Assembly (NCBI GenBank): GCA_049512315.1 | Contig: JBEKXF010000022.1 | Coordinates: 1-64,000, forward strand | Source of the DNA: Candidatus Aminicenantales bacterium | GTDB taxonomy: Bacteria > Acidobacteriota > Aminicenantia > Aminicenantales > Saccharicenantaceae | DNA: 64,000 nucleotides | Direction of reading: 5' to 3' | Shown here: piece by piece, positions 18,747-30,375 of the stretch | Layout: each line of letters starts with the position of its first letter | How positions within the stretch are numbered: position 1 is the first letter of the stretch | Program-made: the position numbers and the translations under genes | Notes under the pieces: generated by a model | Databases searched by the model: none | The model's input: only the letters and a program-made list of their open reading frames with translations | Told to the model about the DNA's origin: nothing

Positions 18747-18764
18747 GCGGGGAAAGAGTGCACC

Positions 18765-19385
18765 ATGGGTAAACTGCAAGTTTTCGATAAAAGTGGGAAG
18801 CCGGCCGCCGAGGTCGACATGCCGGAGAGTATCTTCGCCTATCCGGACAAGGGCCACTTGGTTTACGAGGCCGTCGTCAACTACCAGGCCAACCAGCGGC
18901 AGGGGACCGCCGCCACCAAGACGAGAGCGAACGTCGCCGGCGGCGGCAAGAAACCCTGGCGGCAGAAGGGAACGGGCCGGGCCCGCGCGGGTAGCACCCG
19001 TTCGCCCCTCTGGAGAAAGGGCGGCACGGTCTTCGGGCCCCAGCCAAGGGATTATTCCTACGAGCTGCCCAAGAAGGCCCGGAGGAACGCCCTCCGGTCG
19101 GTCCTCTCCAGGAAGCTCGCCGACAGCCTGATCCTCGTCCTCAGCGAGCTCGACATCAAGGAGCCCAAGACCAAGGAGGCCGCGGCCCTGCTCAAGGCCT
19201 TCCACATCGATTCAGCCCTGCTGGTCGACAGCCACGAGAACACGAACCTGTTCCTCTCCGTCCGGAACCTCCCGAAGGTCAAGGCCGTCGACGTCCGGAC
19301 GCTCAACGTCTACGACGTCCTGAACCATAAGTGGCTGGTCTTCAGCCAGCGGGCCCTCGAGTCCGCCATGGAGAGATTGAAGTGA
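18765..19385 (+). CDS. rplD: 50S ribosomal protein L4
   Basis: [22 protein letters not shown]. Confidence 0.98.
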   Translation: MGKLQVFDKSGKPAAEVDMPESIFAYPDKGHLVYEAVVNYQANQRQGTAATKTRANVAGGGKKPWRQKGTGRARAGSTRSPLWRKGGTVFGPQPRDYSYELPKKARRNALRSVLSRKLADSLILVLSELDIKEPKTKEAAALLKAFHIDSALLVDSHENTNLFLSVRNLPKVKAVDVRTLNVYDVLNHKWLVFSQRALESAMERLK

Positions 19386-19678
19386 TCAAAGATCCCCATA
19401 AAATCATCATCCGGCCGGTGATCACCGAAAAGAGCACGCGGCTCAAGGATTCGGACCGGGTCATCTGCTTCGAGGTCGCCCGCGGCGCGAACAAGATCGA
19501 GATCAAGAAGGCCATCGAGCTTCTCTTCAAGACGAGGGTCGCGAGCGTCCGGACCCAGGCGAAGACGGGCAAGGTCCGGAGGGTCGGCCGCAACTCGGGC
19601 AAGACGAAGGACTGGAAAAAGGCCTACGTCAAGCTCCGGGAAGGCGAAAAAATGATTGAATACTTCGAGGCGGTCTAA
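19382..19678 (+). CDS. rplW: 50S ribosomal protein L23
   Basis: [25 protein letters not shown] start overlapping the rplD stop. Confidence 0.96.
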   Translation: MIKDPHKIIIRPVITEKSTRLKDSDRVICFEVARGANKIEIKKAIELLFKTRVASVRTQAKTGKVRRVGRNSGKTKDWKKAYVKLREGEKMIEYFEAV

Positions 19679-19679
19679 C

Positions 19680-20507
19680 ATGGGCATCAAAACCTACAGA
19701 CCAATCACACCCGGGTTGCGCCACCGGACGACCAACGACTATAACGACTTGACGGGGGACCGTCCCTACAAGCCCCTTCTCGTCTCCTTGCCCAAGTCCG
19801 GAGGCCGGGACAGCCGGGGGCACCTCTCGATCCGGAACAGGGGAGGCGGGCATAAGAAGCTCTACCGGATGGTCGACGCGAAGCGGGACAAGATCGGCAT
19901 CCCCGGCGTCATCGAGACGGTCGAGTATGATCCCAACCGGTCGTCGTTCATCTCCCTCGTGAAATACAGGGACGGGGAGCGCCGCTACATCCTGTCCCCC
20001 CTGGGCCTGAAAGTCGGGCAGGAAATCGTGTCCTCCGACGCCCAGGTCGACATCCTGCCCGGGAACGCCATGCCCCTGAGGTTCATCCCCTTGGGCACGG
20101 TCATCCACAACATCGAGCTCCGCAAGGACAAGGGCGGCCAGGTGGCGAAGTCGGCCGGGGCCGGGGCCCAGATCCTGGCCAAGGAAGGGGACTACGCCCA
20201 GGTCCGGCTGCCGTCGTCCGAGATCCGCAAGATCCATCTTGACTGCCGGGCGACCATCGGCCAGATCGGGAACCTCGACCACCAGAATATCACCATCGGC
20301 AAGGCGGGCCGGAGCCGCTGGCAGGGCTGGCGCCCCCACGTCCGCGGGACGGCCATGAACCCGATCGACCACCCGCACGGCGGAGGCGAAGGCCGCTCCA
20401 AGGGCGGACGTCACCCCGTGAGCCCCGAGGGCATCCCGACCAAGGGATACAAGACCCGGCGGAACAAGAGAACCCAGGCCTTCATCGTCAGGCGGAGGAG
20501 CAAGTAA
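19680..20507 (+). CDS. rplB: 50S ribosomal protein L2
   Basis: [24 protein letters not shown]. Confidence 0.99.
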   Translation: MGIKTYRPITPGLRHRTTNDYNDLTGDRPYKPLLVSLPKSGGRDSRGHLSIRNRGGGHKKLYRMVDAKRDKIGIPGVIETVEYDPNRSSFISLVKYRDGERRYILSPLGLKVGQEIVSSDAQVDILPGNAMPLRFIPLGTVIHNIELRKDKGGQVAKSAGAGAQILAKEGDYAQVRLPSSEIRKIHLDCRATIGQIGNLDHQNITIGKAGRSRWQGWRPHVRGTAMNPIDHPHGGGEGRSKGGRHPVSPEGIPTKGYKTRRNKRTQAFIVRRRSK

Positions 20508-20509
20508 CC

Positions 20510-20800
20510 ATGAGCAGATCGCTGAGCAAAGGTCCCTTCGTGGACGCCCACCTTCTCGAAAAAATCCAGGTCGCCGACGCCCAGGGTGGTAAGCGACAGG
20601 TCATCAAGACGTGGTCCCGGCGCTCGACGATCATCCCGGAGATGGTCGGCCTGACGATCGGGGTCCACAACGGCCGGAAATTCATCCCGGTCTTCGTGAC
20701 GGAGAACATGGTTGGGCACAAGCTCGGGGAGTTCTCCCCGACGAGGACCTTCCGGGGACACACCTCGAAGACCGCCAAACAGCTCAAAGCGGGGAAGTAA
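20510..20800 (+). CDS. rpsS: 30S ribosomal protein S19
   Basis: [16 protein letters not shown]. Confidence 0.99.
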   Translation: MSRSLSKGPFVDAHLLEKIQVADAQGGKRQVIKTWSRRSTIIPEMVGLTIGVHNGRKFIPVFVTENMVGHKLGEFSPTRTFRGHTSKTAKQLKAGK

Positions 20801-20801
20801 C

Positions 20802-21161
20802 ATGAGCGAGCCCAGTCACGTTTCCTATGCCGCCGCCCGGTTCGTGCGGATGAGCCCGCAGAAGAGCCGGCTCGTGGCCGACCTCATCCGGGACCGCTAC
20901 GTCGGCGAGGCCCTGACCATCCTCCGCTTCAGCGAGAAGAAGAAGATCAGCGCCATCCTGGAAAAAGTCCTCCGCTCGGCCATCGCCAACGCCCAGCAGA
21001 AGACCCCCAACCTCGATGTCGACAATCTCTACATCTCGAAGATCCAGATCGGCGGCGGCCCGGTGGCCAAGCGGATCCGCCCGGCGCCCATGGGACGGGC
21101 CCACCGCGTCGTGAAGCGGACGAGCCATGTCCAGATCTATTTAGACGAAAAAGGGAGATAA
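20802..21161 (+). CDS. rplV: 50S ribosomal protein L22
   Basis: RMSPQKSRLVADLIR, SAIANA, KRTSH. Confidence 0.97.
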   Translation: MSEPSHVSYAAARFVRMSPQKSRLVADLIRDRYVGEALTILRFSEKKKISAILEKVLRSAIANAQQKTPNLDVDNLYISKIQIGGGPVAKRIRPAPMGRAHRVVKRTSHVQIYLDEKGR

Positions 21162-21164
21162 GCG

Positions 21165-21833
21165 GTGGGACAGAAAACACATCCATACGGATTCCGGCTC
21201 GGCTTCAACAAACCATGGATGTCCCGTTGGTTTGCCAAAGGATCAGAATACGCCCGTCTCATCCATGAGGACCTCCGGATGAGGAAGGCGATCAAGGAGA
21301 AATACTACCACGCCGGGATCGCCGAGGTGGATATCGAGCGGGTGGGCCCGAAGATCCGGATCATCATCCACACGGCTCGGCCGGGGATCATCATCGGCCG
21401 CGGCGGCAAGGAAATCGAGAGCCTGAAGGGCTACCTCGAGGGGATCGCCCACAAGGACGTTTACGTCGACATCCGGGAAGTGGACCATGCCGAGCTCAAC
21501 GCCCTCCTCGTCGGCGAGGGCATCGCCGTCCAGCTCGAGAAGCGGATCGCCTACCGTCGGGCCATGCGGAAGGCCGTGGACATGGCCCTCAAGATGGGGG
21601 CCAAGGGCATCAAAGTCATGTGCTCGGGCCGCCTCGGCGGCGTCGAGATCGCCCGGTCGGAGTGGTACCTGAAGGGGCAGCTCCCCCTCCAGACCCTGCG
21701 GGCCGACATCGATTACGCGTTCACCGAAGCCTTCACGACCTACGGCCAGATCGGCATCAAGGTCTGGATCTACCGGGGCGACGTCGAAAAGCCGAAGATG
21801 TCCTCTCAGATGGCGGAGGTCGAGGAGATTTAG
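21165..21833 (+). CDS. rpsC: 30S ribosomal protein S3
   Basis: [31 protein letters not shown]. Confidence 0.99.
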   Translation: MGQKTHPYGFRLGFNKPWMSRWFAKGSEYARLIHEDLRMRKAIKEKYYHAGIAEVDIERVGPKIRIIIHTARPGIIIGRGGKEIESLKGYLEGIAHKDVYVDIREVDHAELNALLVGEGIAVQLEKRIAYRRAMRKAVDMALKMGAKGIKVMCSGRLGGVEIARSEWYLKGQLPLQTLRADIDYAFTEAFTTYGQIGIKVWIYRGDVEKPKMSSQMAEVEEI

Positions 21834-21835
21834 CC

Positions 21836-22258
21836 ATGTTAATGCCGAAGAAAGTCAAGTTCCGCAAGCAACAGCGCGGCCGGATGCGGGGCAAGGCCGA
21901 GCGGGGGAGTACGCTGTCCTTCGGCGAGTTCGGCCTCCAGGCCCTCGAGCCCTGCTGGCTGACCGCGCGGCAGATCGAGGCCGGCCGCATCACGATCACC
22001 CGCCACATGAAACGGCGCGGCAAGCTCTGGATCCGGACCTTCCCCTGGAAGGCGGTCACGAAGAAGCCGACCGAGGTCCGGATGGGCAAGGGGAAGGGCG
22101 ACCCGGAATTCTGGGTCGACGTCATCCGGCCCGGGAAGGTCCTCTTCGAGATCGAAGGCGTCGAGGAAGTGGACGCCCGGGAAGCCATGCGGCTCGCCGC
22201 CCACAAGCTTCCCATCAAGACGAGATTCATCTCCCGGGAAGCGAGAGAACTCAGATGA
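21836..22258 (+). CDS. rplP: 50S ribosomal protein L16
   Basis: [23 protein letters not shown]. Confidence 0.98.
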   Translation: MLMPKKVKFRKQQRGRMRGKAERGSTLSFGEFGLQALEPCWLTARQIEAGRITITRHMKRRGKLWIRTFPWKAVTKKPTEVRMGKGKGDPEFWVDVIRPGKVLFEIEGVEEVDAREAMRLAAHKLPIKTRFISREARELR

Positions 22259-22452
22259 AGATCCGTGAATTGAAAGAACTTTCGGCAGACGAGCTGCAGA
22301 CCAAGGAAAAGGAGCTCGTGGACCAGCTCTTCAAGCTCCGCTTCCAGAAATCCCTGGGCCAGTTGGAAAGCCCGATGAAGATCAAGAACGTCAAGAGGGA
22401 CATCGCCCGCATCAAAACGCTCTTGAAAGCCCCTTCGAAAGAGACGGAGTAG
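22255..22452 (+). CDS. rpmC: 50S ribosomal protein L29
   Basis: LFKLRFQ...GQL...KRDIARIKT. Confidence 0.97.
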   Translation: MKIRELKELSADELQTKEKELVDQLFKLRFQKSLGQLESPMKIKNVKRDIARIKTLLKAPSKETE

Positions 22453-22455
22453 AGA

Positions 22456-22752
22456 ATGGACACCAAGGGAAAGAAACGGAAGACCACCAAGGTCGGGACC
22501 GTCGTCGCTAAGAAGATGAAGAAGACGGTCACGGTTGAGGTCGAGCGCCAGATCCGGCACCCTCTGTACAAGAAGATCGTCCGCCAGAAGAAGACGTTCC
22601 TGGTCCACGACGAGACCGAGAAGTGCAAGGTCGGAGATTCCGTCCGGATCATTGAGACGCGGCCCATCAGCAAGACAAAGCGGTGGCGCGTCCTCGAGAT
22701 CGTCGGCCTGGCGGGAGGCGGCAAAAACCTGGAGTCCGGAGAACGTCCATGA
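22456..22752 (+). CDS. rpsQ: 30S ribosomal protein S17
   Basis: [25 protein letters not shown]. Confidence 0.98.
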   Translation: MDTKGKKRKTTKVGTVVAKKMKKTVTVEVERQIRHPLYKKIVRQKKTFLVHDETEKCKVGDSVRIIETRPISKTKRWRVLEIVGLAGGGKNLESGERP

Positions 22753-23117
22753 TCCAGATGCGAACCATGCTCAAGGTCGCCGATAATTCCGGCGCCCGGA
22801 GGATTATGGCCATCACGCCCCTGGGCGGCAGCGTCGGCCGCATCGCCCGGATCGGGGACGTCATCTCCGCCTCGGTCAAGGAGGCCGACCCCGAGAGCAA
22901 GATCGCCAAAGGCAAGGTCGTCCGGGCCGTCGTCGTCCGGACCCGCAAGGAACTCCGCCGCAAGGACGGCTCCTACATCCGCTTCGAGGACAACGCCGCC
23001 GTCATCATCGATAAGGCCGGGGAGCCGGTCGGGACCCGCGTCTTCGGGCCCGTGGGCCGGGAGCTGCGGGAGCGGAAATTCATGAAGATCATCTCCCTGG
23101 CGCCGGAGGTCCTGTGA
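22749..23117 (+). CDS. rplN: 50S ribosomal protein L14
   Basis: [22 protein letters not shown]. Confidence 0.99.
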   Translation: MIQMRTMLKVADNSGARRIMAITPLGGSVGRIARIGDVISASVKEADPESKIAKGKVVRAVVVRTRKELRRKDGSYIRFEDNAAVIIDKAGEPVGTRVFGPVGRELRERKFMKIISLAPEVL

Positions 23118-23449
23118 TGGGAAAAATCCAGCTCAAGAAAAACGACGTCGTCGTCGTCCTCAAGGGGAAAGACAAGGGGAAGACCGGAAAGCTCCTCAAG
23201 ATCTTTCCCGAGACCGACCGGGTCATCGTCGAGCGGATCAACTTCAGCAAGCACTTCGTCAAGGCCGACCGCAGCAAGAACGTCCAGGGAGGGGTCATGG
23301 AGAAGGAGGCCCCGATCCACGTCTCCAACGTCATGCTCTTCTGCCCGGAATGCGGCCAGGGCGTCCGGGTCCGGACGCGGAGACTCGAGGACGGCAGCAA
23401 GACCCGGCTCTGCATCAAGTGCGAGGCCCTGATCGAGAAGCAGAAGTGA
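23117..23449 (+). CDS. rplX: 50S ribosomal protein L24
   Basis: [17 protein letters not shown]; carries CPEC/CIKC. Confidence 0.98.
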   Translation: MGKIQLKKNDVVVVLKGKDKGKTGKLLKIFPETDRVIVERINFSKHFVKADRSKNVQGGVMEKEAPIHVSNVMLFCPECGQGVRVRTRRLEDGSKTRLCIKCEALIEKQK

Positions 23450-23459
23450 GGATGGCACT

Positions 23460-24002
23460 ATGAGCCGCTTATACGACAAGTACCAGAAAGAACTCCTCCC
23501 CGAGCTCCAGAAAGAGCTCGGGATCAAGAACAAGATGGCCGTGCCCCATCTGGAGAAGATCATCGTCAACATGGGCGTCGGCGACGCGATCCAGAACATC
23601 AAGCTCCTGGACACGGCCAAGACGGAGCTCGGCCTCATCACGGGACAGCTCCCCGGCGTCGGTCGGGCCAAGAAGTCGATCTCGGCTTTCAAGCTGAGGA
23701 AGGGCCAACCGATCGCCTGTTACGTGACGCTCCGGAGCCGGAGGATGTACGAGTTCTTCGACCGGCTCGTCAACATCGTCCTGCCCCGCGTCAGGGACTT
23801 CCGAGGCGTCCCCGGCAACTCCTTCGACGGCCGGGGCAACTACACTCTGGGCATGCGCGACCAGCTCATGTTCCCGGAGATCGATTACACGAAGGTCGAG
23901 AGGTCCCGGGGCATGAACATCACCATCGTGACCACGGCCCGGACCGACAAGGAAGCCCATGCCCTCCTCAAGAAGCTGGGCATGCCCTTCCGAGAGTCCT
24001 GA
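23460..24002 (+). CDS. rplE: 50S ribosomal protein L5
   Basis: [25 protein letters not shown]. Confidence 0.99.
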   Translation: MSRLYDKYQKELLPELQKELGIKNKMAVPHLEKIIVNMGVGDAIQNIKLLDTAKTELGLITGQLPGVGRAKKSISAFKLRKGQPIACYVTLRSRRMYEFFDRLVNIVLPRVRDFRGVPGNSFDGRGNYTLGMRDQLMFPEIDYTKVERSRGMNITIVTTARTDKEAHALLKKLGMPFRES

Positions 24003-24016
24003 AAGGCGAGGTGAAC

Positions 24017-24202
24017 GTGTCGACAACAGCGCGGATGGCCAAATACGCGAAAAAGCCCAAGTACGCGATCCGGACCCGGCGACGCTGCCGCCTCTGCGGC
24101 CGCTCCCGAGGTTATTACCGGAAATTCGACCTCTGCCGGCTGTGCTTCCGCGAGCTGGCCCTCAAGGGGGAGATTCCGGGGGTCACGAAGTCATCGTGGT
24201 GA
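24017..24202 (+). CDS. rpsN: 30S ribosomal protein S14, short Zn-binding type
   Basis: RCRLCGR...[10 protein letters not shown]...[11 protein letters not shown] start at 24011 or 24017. Confidence 0.97.
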   Translation: MSTTARMAKYAKKPKYAIRTRRRCRLCGRSRGYYRKFDLCRLCFRELALKGEIPGVTKSSW

Positions 24203-24223
24203 CGTCGAGGAAAGGATAGGTCC

Positions 24224-24613
24224 ATGGATTCCATCTCCGATTTACTCACCCGGATCCGCAACGGGGTCAAGACCAAGAAGAAGGAAGTCAACGCCCCCTC
24301 TTCCCGGCTCCTGGTCGAGATCGTCAAGATCCTCAAGGAAGAGGGGTACATCAAGAATTTCAAGGTCATCGACGATAGCAAGCAGGGCGTCCTGAACGTC
24401 ACCCTGAAATACGGGGAGGACGGCAAGAGCGTCATCAGCGGCCTGAGGCGGGTCAGCAAGCCCGGCTGCCGGATCTTCTGTACGAGGGACTCCGTCCCCA
24501 AGGTCCTCGACGGCCTGGGGCTGGTCATCGTCTCGACGTCGAAGGGCGTCCTGGCCGGTCGGAAGTGCGAGGAGCTCGGCGCGGGAGGCGAAGTCCTCTG
24601 CAGCATCTGGTGA
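24224..24613 (+). CDS. rpsH: 30S ribosomal protein S8
   Basis: ISDLLTRIRN, RVSKPG, STSKG, GGEV. Confidence 0.98.
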   Translation: MDSISDLLTRIRNGVKTKKKEVNAPSSRLLVEIVKILKEEGYIKNFKVIDDSKQGVLNVTLKYGEDGKSVISGLRRVSKPGCRIFCTRDSVPKVLDGLGLVIVSTSKGVLAGRKCEELGAGGEVLCSIW

Positions 24614-24631
24614 GCGCGAAGCGAGGTCAAT

Positions 24632-25177
24632 ATGTCTAGAGTCGGGAAGAAGCCCATCACGATCCCGGCGGGCGTCAAGGTGACGATCCAGCCGGACAGG
24701 ATCGATTTCGAGGCGAAGAAAGGCCGGCTGTCCTCGCCGCTCTACGCCGGGATCCAGGCCAGCCTGGACGGCCCGCAGCTCAGCCTGACCCGGGCCGACG
24801 AGACCAAGACGATACGGAGTCTGCACGGCCTCTGCCGGGCCCTGGCCCAGAACGCCGTCCGCGGCGTCACCGAGGGGTTCTCCAAGCAACTGGAGATCGT
24901 GGGTGTGGGCTACAAGGCCAAGGTCGACAAGAACAGGCTCGAGATCAGCCTGGGCTACTCCCGGCCGATCGTCTACGAGATCCCGGCCGGGGTCGAGGTC
25001 GTGGCGGAAAAGCCGACCCTGCTGACCATCCGGGGGATCGACCGGCAGAAGGTGGGCCAGGTGGCCAACGACATCAAGAAATTCCGCCTTCCGGACCCCT
25101 ACAAGCAGAAGGGCGTCCGGTACGTCGGCGAAAGACTGATCAAGAAAGAGAGAAAGGCAGGGGTGGCCAGTGCTTAA
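24632..25177 (+). CDS. rplF: 50S ribosomal protein L6
   Basis: MSRVGKKPI, GVGYKA, PDPYKQKG. Confidence 0.98.
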   Translation: MSRVGKKPITIPAGVKVTIQPDRIDFEAKKGRLSSPLYAGIQASLDGPQLSLTRADETKTIRSLHGLCRALAQNAVRGVTEGFSKQLEIVGVGYKAKVDKNRLEISLGYSRPIVYEIPAGVEVVAEKPTLLTIRGIDRQKVGQVANDIKKFRLPDPYKQKGVRYVGERLIKKERKAGVASA

Positions 25178-25544
25178 GAACAAGATCGTCGCCAAGAGGG
25201 TGCGGGACGACCGTCTCCGCAAGCGGATCCGGGAAAAGGTCCGGGGGACGTCGGAGCGTCCGCGGGTCCACGTGTACAAGAGCAACACTTACCTCTATAC
25301 CCAGGTCATCAACGACGCCGAGGGCCGGGTCCTGCTGACCGCCTCGACCCTCGAGAAGGAGTTCAAGGAAAAGTCCAAGAACGGAAAGAACAAGAAGGCC
25401 AGCGGGCTTCTCGGCGAGATGCTGGCCAAGCGGCTCAAGGCCAAGAAGATCGAGCGGGTGGTGTTCGACCGGGGCGTTTACCCCTACCATGGGCGCATCA
25501 AGACCCTGGCGGAAGCCATGCGGAAAGAGGGCATCCAATTCTAA
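25170..25544 (+). CDS. rplR: 50S ribosomal protein L18
   Basis: GTSERPR, VVFDRG.Y.YHGRI. Confidence 0.97.
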   Translation: MLKNKIVAKRVRDDRLRKRIREKVRGTSERPRVHVYKSNTYLYTQVINDAEGRVLLTASTLEKEFKEKSKNGKNKKASGLLGEMLAKRLKAKKIERVVFDRGVYPYHGRIKTLAEAMRKEGIQF

Positions 25545-25573
25545 GGGGAAGGGCCGATTAAGGAGGCGAGAGC

Positions 25574-26092
25574 GTGAACGATCGAAGATTCGAGAAAGTT
25601 GTCGCAGTCGATGAGGACGGCTTCGAGCTCAAGGACCAGGTCATCTCTATCCGCAGGGTCACGAAGGTCGTCAAGGGCGGAAAGAACCTGAGCTTCTCGG
25701 CCCTGGTGGCCGTCGGCAACGAGCGCGGCCGGGTGGGCATCGGAAAGGGCAAGGCCCGGGAAGTGCCTCAGGCGATCCGCAAGGGCGTCGAAGCGGCCAA
25801 AAAGAACATGATCCGGGTCCCCCTGGCGGACACGACGCTGCCCCACCTCGTCAAGGGGGTGGACGGCGCCGGCCTGGTCGTCCTCCGGCCGGCCGCGAAG
25901 GGAACGGGCGTCATCGCCGGCGGCGCCGTCCGGGTCATCATGCAGCTGGCCGGGATCCGGGACATCCTGACCAAGTCCCTGAGAAGCAACAACCCGATCA
26001 GCGTGGCCAACGCCACCCTGGACGCCCTCCGGAGCGTCCGGAACCCCGATGACGTGGCCAAGATGCGCGGAAAGGTCAAGGGTGGGCTATGA
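25574..26092 (+). CDS. rpsE: 30S ribosomal protein S5
   Basis: [17 protein letters not shown]. Confidence 0.98.
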   Translation: MNDRRFEKVVAVDEDGFELKDQVISIRRVTKVVKGGKNLSFSALVAVGNERGRVGIGKGKAREVPQAIRKGVEAAKKNMIRVPLADTTLPHLVKGVDGAGLVVLRPAAKGTGVIAGGAVRVIMQLAGIRDILTKSLRSNNPISVANATLDALRSVRNPDDVAKMRGKVKGGL

Positions 26093-26340
26093 CGGAGACA
26101 ACGACGCAACTCGCGAAGACCCGGAAGCGGGCCGAGAAGGCCCCGGCCCCGGAACGCTTCCTGAAGATCACGCTCGTCCGGAGCCTGGTCGGCTATCCCC
26201 GGTCCCAGCGCGCGGTGGCCAAGGGCCTCGGCCTGAGAAAGCTCCAGTCCCACGTCGTCCGCCGGGATTCTCCCGAGACGCTCGGGATGGTCCGCAAGCT
26301 GGCCCATGTGTTGAAAGTGGAGGCGACCGAAAAGCCATGA
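26089..26340 (+). CDS. rpmD: 50S ribosomal protein L30 (apparent N-terminal extension)
   Basis: [11 protein letters not shown]...LGLRK...[10 protein letters not shown]; between rpsE and rplO. Confidence 0.93.
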   Translation: MTETTTQLAKTRKRAEKAPAPERFLKITLVRSLVGYPRSQRAVAKGLGLRKLQSHVVRRDSPETLGMVRKLAHVLKVEATEKP

Positions 26341-26783
26341 ACCTCAGCAACCTGAAACCGGCCAAGGGATCGAGACAAAAGCGCAAGAGAGTGGGGAGGG
26401 GCCCGGGCTCCGGGCTGGGCAAGACGTCCGGCCGCGGCAGCAAGGGGCAGCTTTCCGGCAGCGGCTATTCCCGCAAGAGGGACTTCGAAGGCGGCCAGAT
26501 GCCGCTCGTCCGCCGCATCCCCAAGCGCGGCTTCACCAACATCTTCCGGACCGATTACGCCGTCGTCAACCTGGACAGCCTGGCCAAGATCGCGAAGAAA
26601 GAGGTCGAGATCAAGGACCTGGTCGCGGCCGGACTGATCAAGAACGAGTCGGAGCGGGTGAAGGTCCTGGGGCGGGGCGAGCTCGCCTCCCCGAAGACCA
26701 TCCACGCCCATAAATTTTCCGGTTCGGCCCTGAAAAAGATCGAGGACAAGGGCGGCAAAGCCGTCACCATCGGGAAAGAATAA
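26337..26783 (+). CDS. rplO: 50S ribosomal protein L15
   Basis: RVGRGPGSGLGKTSGRG, FEGGQMPL, PKRGF. Confidence 0.98.
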   Translation: MNLSNLKPAKGSRQKRKRVGRGPGSGLGKTSGRGSKGQLSGSGYSRKRDFEGGQMPLVRRIPKRGFTNIFRTDYAVVNLDSLAKIAKKEVEIKDLVAAGLIKNESERVKVLGRGELASPKTIHAHKFSGSALKKIEDKGGKAVTIGKE

Positions 26784-28162
26784 TGTTAGACAGCATCCGC
26801 AACATCTTCAGCATCCCTGAGCTCCGGAAGAGGGTCATCTTCACCCTCCTCCTCCTCGCGGTTTACAGGATCGGAGGCCAGATCCCCAACCCGGGCATCA
26901 GCGCCTCGGCCCTGGCGGAGTTCTGGCAGCAGCAGAAGGGCTCCCTCCTGGGCTTCATCGACCTGTTCTCGGGACGCTACATGTCGCGTATGACCATCTT
27001 CGCCCTCGGCATCATGCCCTACATCAGCGCGTCCATCATCCTCCAGCTGCTCACGGTCGTCTGGCCTTACCTCGAGCGGCTGTCCAAAGAGGGCGAGCTG
27101 GGCCGGAAGAAGATCACCCAGTACACCCGCTACGGCACACTCGGCATCTGCATCATTCAGTCCTTCGGCATCGCCGCCTTTCTCGAGTCCCTCAAGAGCC
27201 CGGGGGGCGCTCTCATCGTTCCCCACGGCGGCTGGGGGTTCAAGCTGTTGACCATCCTGACCCTGACGACCGGGACCGTTTTCGTCATGTGGCTCGGCGA
27301 GCAGATCTCGGCCAGGGGGATCGGCAACGGGATCTCGCTCATCATCTTCGCCGGGATCGTCGTCCGCTTCCCGTCCGGGCTCATCAGCATGCTCAGCGGC
27401 CTCAAGAGCGGAGCCATGGCCCCCCTGAAGATGATCTTCCTGGGCATCCTGATGGTCGCCGTCATCGGGTTCATCGTCTTCGTCGAGCGCGGCCAGCGTC
27501 GCATCCCGGTGTCCTACGCCAAGCGCGTCGTCGGGCGGAAGGTCTACGGCGGCCAGAGCACGCACCTGCCCCTCCGGGTGAACACGGGCGGCGTCATCCC
27601 GATCATCTTCGCCGCCTCCGTCATCACCATCCCCGCGACCTTCGCCCAGCTCGTCAAAGTGCCGGCGCTCCAGTCGATCGCCCAGCAGTTCGGCATGGGC
27701 ATGCCCCTCTACAACCTCTTCTACGTCGCGGCCATCATCTTCTTCACCTACTTCTACATCTCGATCATCTTCAACCCGGTCGACGTGGCCGACAACTTGC
27801 GGAAGTACGGCGGCTTCATCCCCGGCATCCGCCCGGGCAAGAACACGTCCGACTACATCGACGAGGTCCTGTCGAGGATCACGCTCGTCGGCGCCATCTA
27901 CCTGGCGGTCGTCGCCATCCTGCCCGAGTTCCTGATCACGGGTGTCAAGGTCCAGTCGCTGCCCTGGATCGGGACGTGGCTCGAGATGAACCTGCCCAAG
28001 TTCATGACCCAGGGGTTGGGCATAGACTTCCTGTTCGGGGGGACCTCGATCCTGATCGTCGTCGGCGTCGCCATGGACACCATGCAGCAGATCGAGGCCC
28101 AGCTCGTCATGCGGCACTACGACGGGTTCATGCGCCGGAGCCGGATCAGGGGGAGAAGGTGA
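26783..28162 (+). CDS. secY: Preprotein translocase subunit SecY
   Basis: FALGIMPYISASII, GIGNGISLIIF, IPGIRPG, GGTSILI. Confidence 0.99.
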   Translation: MLDSIRNIFSIPELRKRVIFTLLLLAVYRIGGQIPNPGISASALAEFWQQQKGSLLGFIDLFSGRYMSRMTIFALGIMPYISASIILQLLTVVWPYLERLSKEGELGRKKITQYTRYGTLGICIIQSFGIAAFLESLKSPGGALIVPHGGWGFKLLTILTLTTGTVFVMWLGEQISARGIGNGISLIIFAGIVVRFPSGLISMLSGLKSGAMAPLKMIFLGILMVAVIGFIVFVERGQRRIPVSYAKRVVGRKVYGGQSTHLPLRVNTGGVIPIIFAASVITIPATFAQLVKVPALQSIAQQFGMGMPLYNLFYVAAIIFFTYFYISIIFNPVDVADNLRKYGGFIPGIRPGKNTSDYIDEVLSRITLVGAIYLAVVAILPEFLITGVKVQSLPWIGTWLEMNLPKFMTQGLGIDFLFGGTSILIVVGVAMDTMQQIEAQLVMRHYDGFMRRSRIRGRR

Positions 28163-28833
28163 TGAGGATCATCCTCCTGGGCGCTCCCGGAAGCGGGAAG
28201 GGGTCGGTGGGCGACCTCATCAGGTCGGCCTACGGTTTCCCCCGGATCTCCACGGGAGATCTTCTCCGGGAAGCCGTCCAGAAGAGAACGCCCCCCGGCC
28301 TGGAGGCTTCGGCCCAGATGGGGAAGGGCGGCCTCGTCGACGACGCCCTCGTCCTCAAGCTTCTCGGGGAGCGGTTGTCCGGGCCGGACTGCCGGGCCGG
28401 CTACATCCTCGACGGCTACCCGCGGAACCTCTCCCAGGCCCGGGACCTGGAGAGCCTCGATGGCGGCCGGCGGGAGGCCGTTTTCCTGATCGAGGCCCGG
28501 GAAGACGTCGTCGTCCGGAGGCTCGCGAGCCGCCGGGTCTGTCCCTCCTGCGAGGCGATCTACAATGTCATCACGAAGAAGCCCGTCCGGGAAGGCGTCT
28601 GTGACCTCTGCGGCGCGGCCCTCGTCCAGAGAGCGGACGACCGGGCCGACGTCATCCAGGAACGGATGAGGACATATCACGAGAAGACGGAGCCCCTCGT
28701 CGCCTATTACGCAGCGAAAGGCGTCCTCCGGCGCGTCGACGGCAGCGGGAGCCTTGAAGAAACGTTCCAACCCATCCGCTCGGGGCTCGACGGCGAGCTC
28801 CGGAGAGCGAAGGAGACGCAGGCGCGGCCATGA
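28162..28833 (+). CDS. adk: Adenylate kinase (Zn-lid type)
   Basis: GAPGSGKG, STGDLLR, LDGYPR, CPSC/CDLC lid; 3' part of ORF 27289..28833. Confidence 0.97.
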   Translation: MRIILLGAPGSGKGSVGDLIRSAYGFPRISTGDLLREAVQKRTPPGLEASAQMGKGGLVDDALVLKLLGERLSGPDCRAGYILDGYPRNLSQARDLESLDGGRREAVFLIEAREDVVVRRLASRRVCPSCEAIYNVITKKPVREGVCDLCGAALVQRADDRADVIQERMRTYHEKTEPLVAYYAAKGVLRRVDGSGSLEETFQPIRSGLDGELRRAKETQARP

Positions 28834-29630
28834 TCATCTACAAGTCCACAGCGGAGCTCGAAGCCATGCGGCAGAGCAGCCGGATCGTGGCCCAGGTCCT
28901 GGACGAGCTCGAGCCCTTGGTTCGGCCGGGGCTCCGGACCCGCGACCTGGACCTTTACGCGGAAAAGCGGACGCGAGAGCTCGGCGCCGTCCCGGCCTTC
29001 AAGGGGTACCGGGGCTACCCGGCATCGGTCTGCGTATCGGTGAACGAAGAGATCATCCACGGCATCCCCTCGGGGCGGCTCCTCCAGGAGGGCGACATCG
29101 TCAGCTTGGATTTCGGCGTCCTCTACGAGGGTTTTTACAGCGACTCGGCCCTGACCGTTCCGGTCGGCCGGACAAGCGACGGGGCCGGCCGGCTCATCGA
29201 GTCGGCGAAGAAGGCCTTTTTCAAGGGCTTCGAGCAGGTGCGGGAGGGGAACCGTCTCTCCGATATCTCGGCCGCCGTCCAGCGGTCCGTCGAGGGAGAC
29301 GGGTTCTCCGTCATCCGCCAGTTCGTCGGCCACGGCATCGGCCGGGCCCTTCACGAGGACCCTCAGGTCCCGAACTTCGGGGTCCCCGGCCGGGGCCCGA
29401 AGCTCAAGCCAGGCATGACCCTGGCCATCGAGCCCATGATCGCCCTGGGGTCCTACGAGGTCGAGGTCCTGGAGGACGGCTGGACGGCCGTGACCCGGGA
29501 CCGCAGCCTCTCGGCCCATTACGAACATACCGTGGCCCTGACCGAGGACGGGCCGGAGATCCTGAGCGCGCGGGCGCGGGACGCCGTGGCCGGGCGGTCT
29601 CCCGTCATCAAGGAGAGTCCCCATGCCTAA
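28830..29630 (+). CDS. map: Methionine aminopeptidase type I
   Basis: [32 protein letters not shown]. Confidence 0.98.
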   Translation: MIIYKSTAELEAMRQSSRIVAQVLDELEPLVRPGLRTRDLDLYAEKRTRELGAVPAFKGYRGYPASVCVSVNEEIIHGIPSGRLLQEGDIVSLDFGVLYEGFYSDSALTVPVGRTSDGAGRLIESAKKAFFKGFEQVREGNRLSDISAAVQRSVEGDGFSVIRQFVGHGIGRALHEDPQVPNFGVPGRGPKLKPGMTLAIEPMIALGSYEVEVLEDGWTAVTRDRSLSAHYEHTVALTEDGPEILSARARDAVAGRSPVIKESPHA

Positions 29631-29841
29631 ACAGGACATGTTCGAGGCCGAAGGCGTGGTCCTCGAGACCCTCCCGAACGCCATGTTCCGGGTCGAGCTC
29701 TCGAACAAGCACGTCATCCTGGCCCACATCTCGGGGAAGATGCGGAAGCACTTCATCCGGATCCTCCCGGGCGACCGGGTCCTGGTGGAGCTCTCCCCCT
29801 ACGACCTGACCAAGGGACGCATCACGTACAGATACAAATAA
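29623..29841 (+). CDS. infA: Translation initiation factor IF-1
   Basis: [27 protein letters not shown]. Confidence 0.99.
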   Translation: MPKQDMFEAEGVVLETLPNAMFRVELSNKHVILAHISGKMRKHFIRILPGDRVLVELSPYDLTKGRITYRYK

Positions 29842-29853
29842 AAGGACAGGACG

Positions 29854-29967
29854 ATGAAAGTCAAAGCATCCGTGAAAAAAATCTGCCGGAACTGCAAGAT
29901 CGTCCGGCGCAAGGGCATCGTGCGGGTCATCTGCACCAACCCGCGGCACAAACAAAGACAGGGATAG
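29854..29967 (+). CDS. rpmJ: 50S ribosomal protein L36 (Zn-binding type)
   Basis: Hand-translated [37 protein letters not shown], 37 aa. Confidence 0.98.
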   Translation: MKVKASVKKICRNCKIVRRKGIVRVICTNPRHKQRQG

Positions 29968-29979
29968 GACGAGGTCAAC

Positions 29980-30360
29980 ATGGCAAGAATCGCAGGCATC
30001 ACGCTCCCGCCGGAAAAGAGGATCGAGATCGGGCTGACGTACATCTTCGGCATCGGCCGTTCCAAGTCGGGAAAGATCCTGGCCGAGGCCAAGATCGACA
30101 AGGACAAGAAGGTCAAGGCCCTGACCGAGGACGAAGTCGACAAGATCCGCCGGATCATCGAGAAGCGGGAAAAGATCGAGGGTGATCTCCGCAAGGAAAT
30201 CACCATGAACATCAAGAGGCTCGTCGACATCGGCTGCTACCGGGGCCTACGTCACAAGAAGAAACTTCCCACGAGGGGCCAGCGGACCAAGACGAACGCC
30301 CGGACCCGGAAAGGCGTCCGCGGCTCGAAGATCAAGAAACTCAAGGAAAAGAAAGCCTAA
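29980..30360 (+). CDS. rpsM: 30S ribosomal protein S13
   Basis: [26 protein letters not shown]. Confidence 0.99.
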   Translation: MARIAGITLPPEKRIEIGLTYIFGIGRSKSGKILAEAKIDKDKKVKALTEDEVDKIRRIIEKREKIEGDLRKEITMNIKRLVDIGCYRGLRHKKKLPTRGQRTKTNARTRKGVRGSKIKKLKEKKA

Positions 30361-30375
30361 GGAGGGGACGCGCCC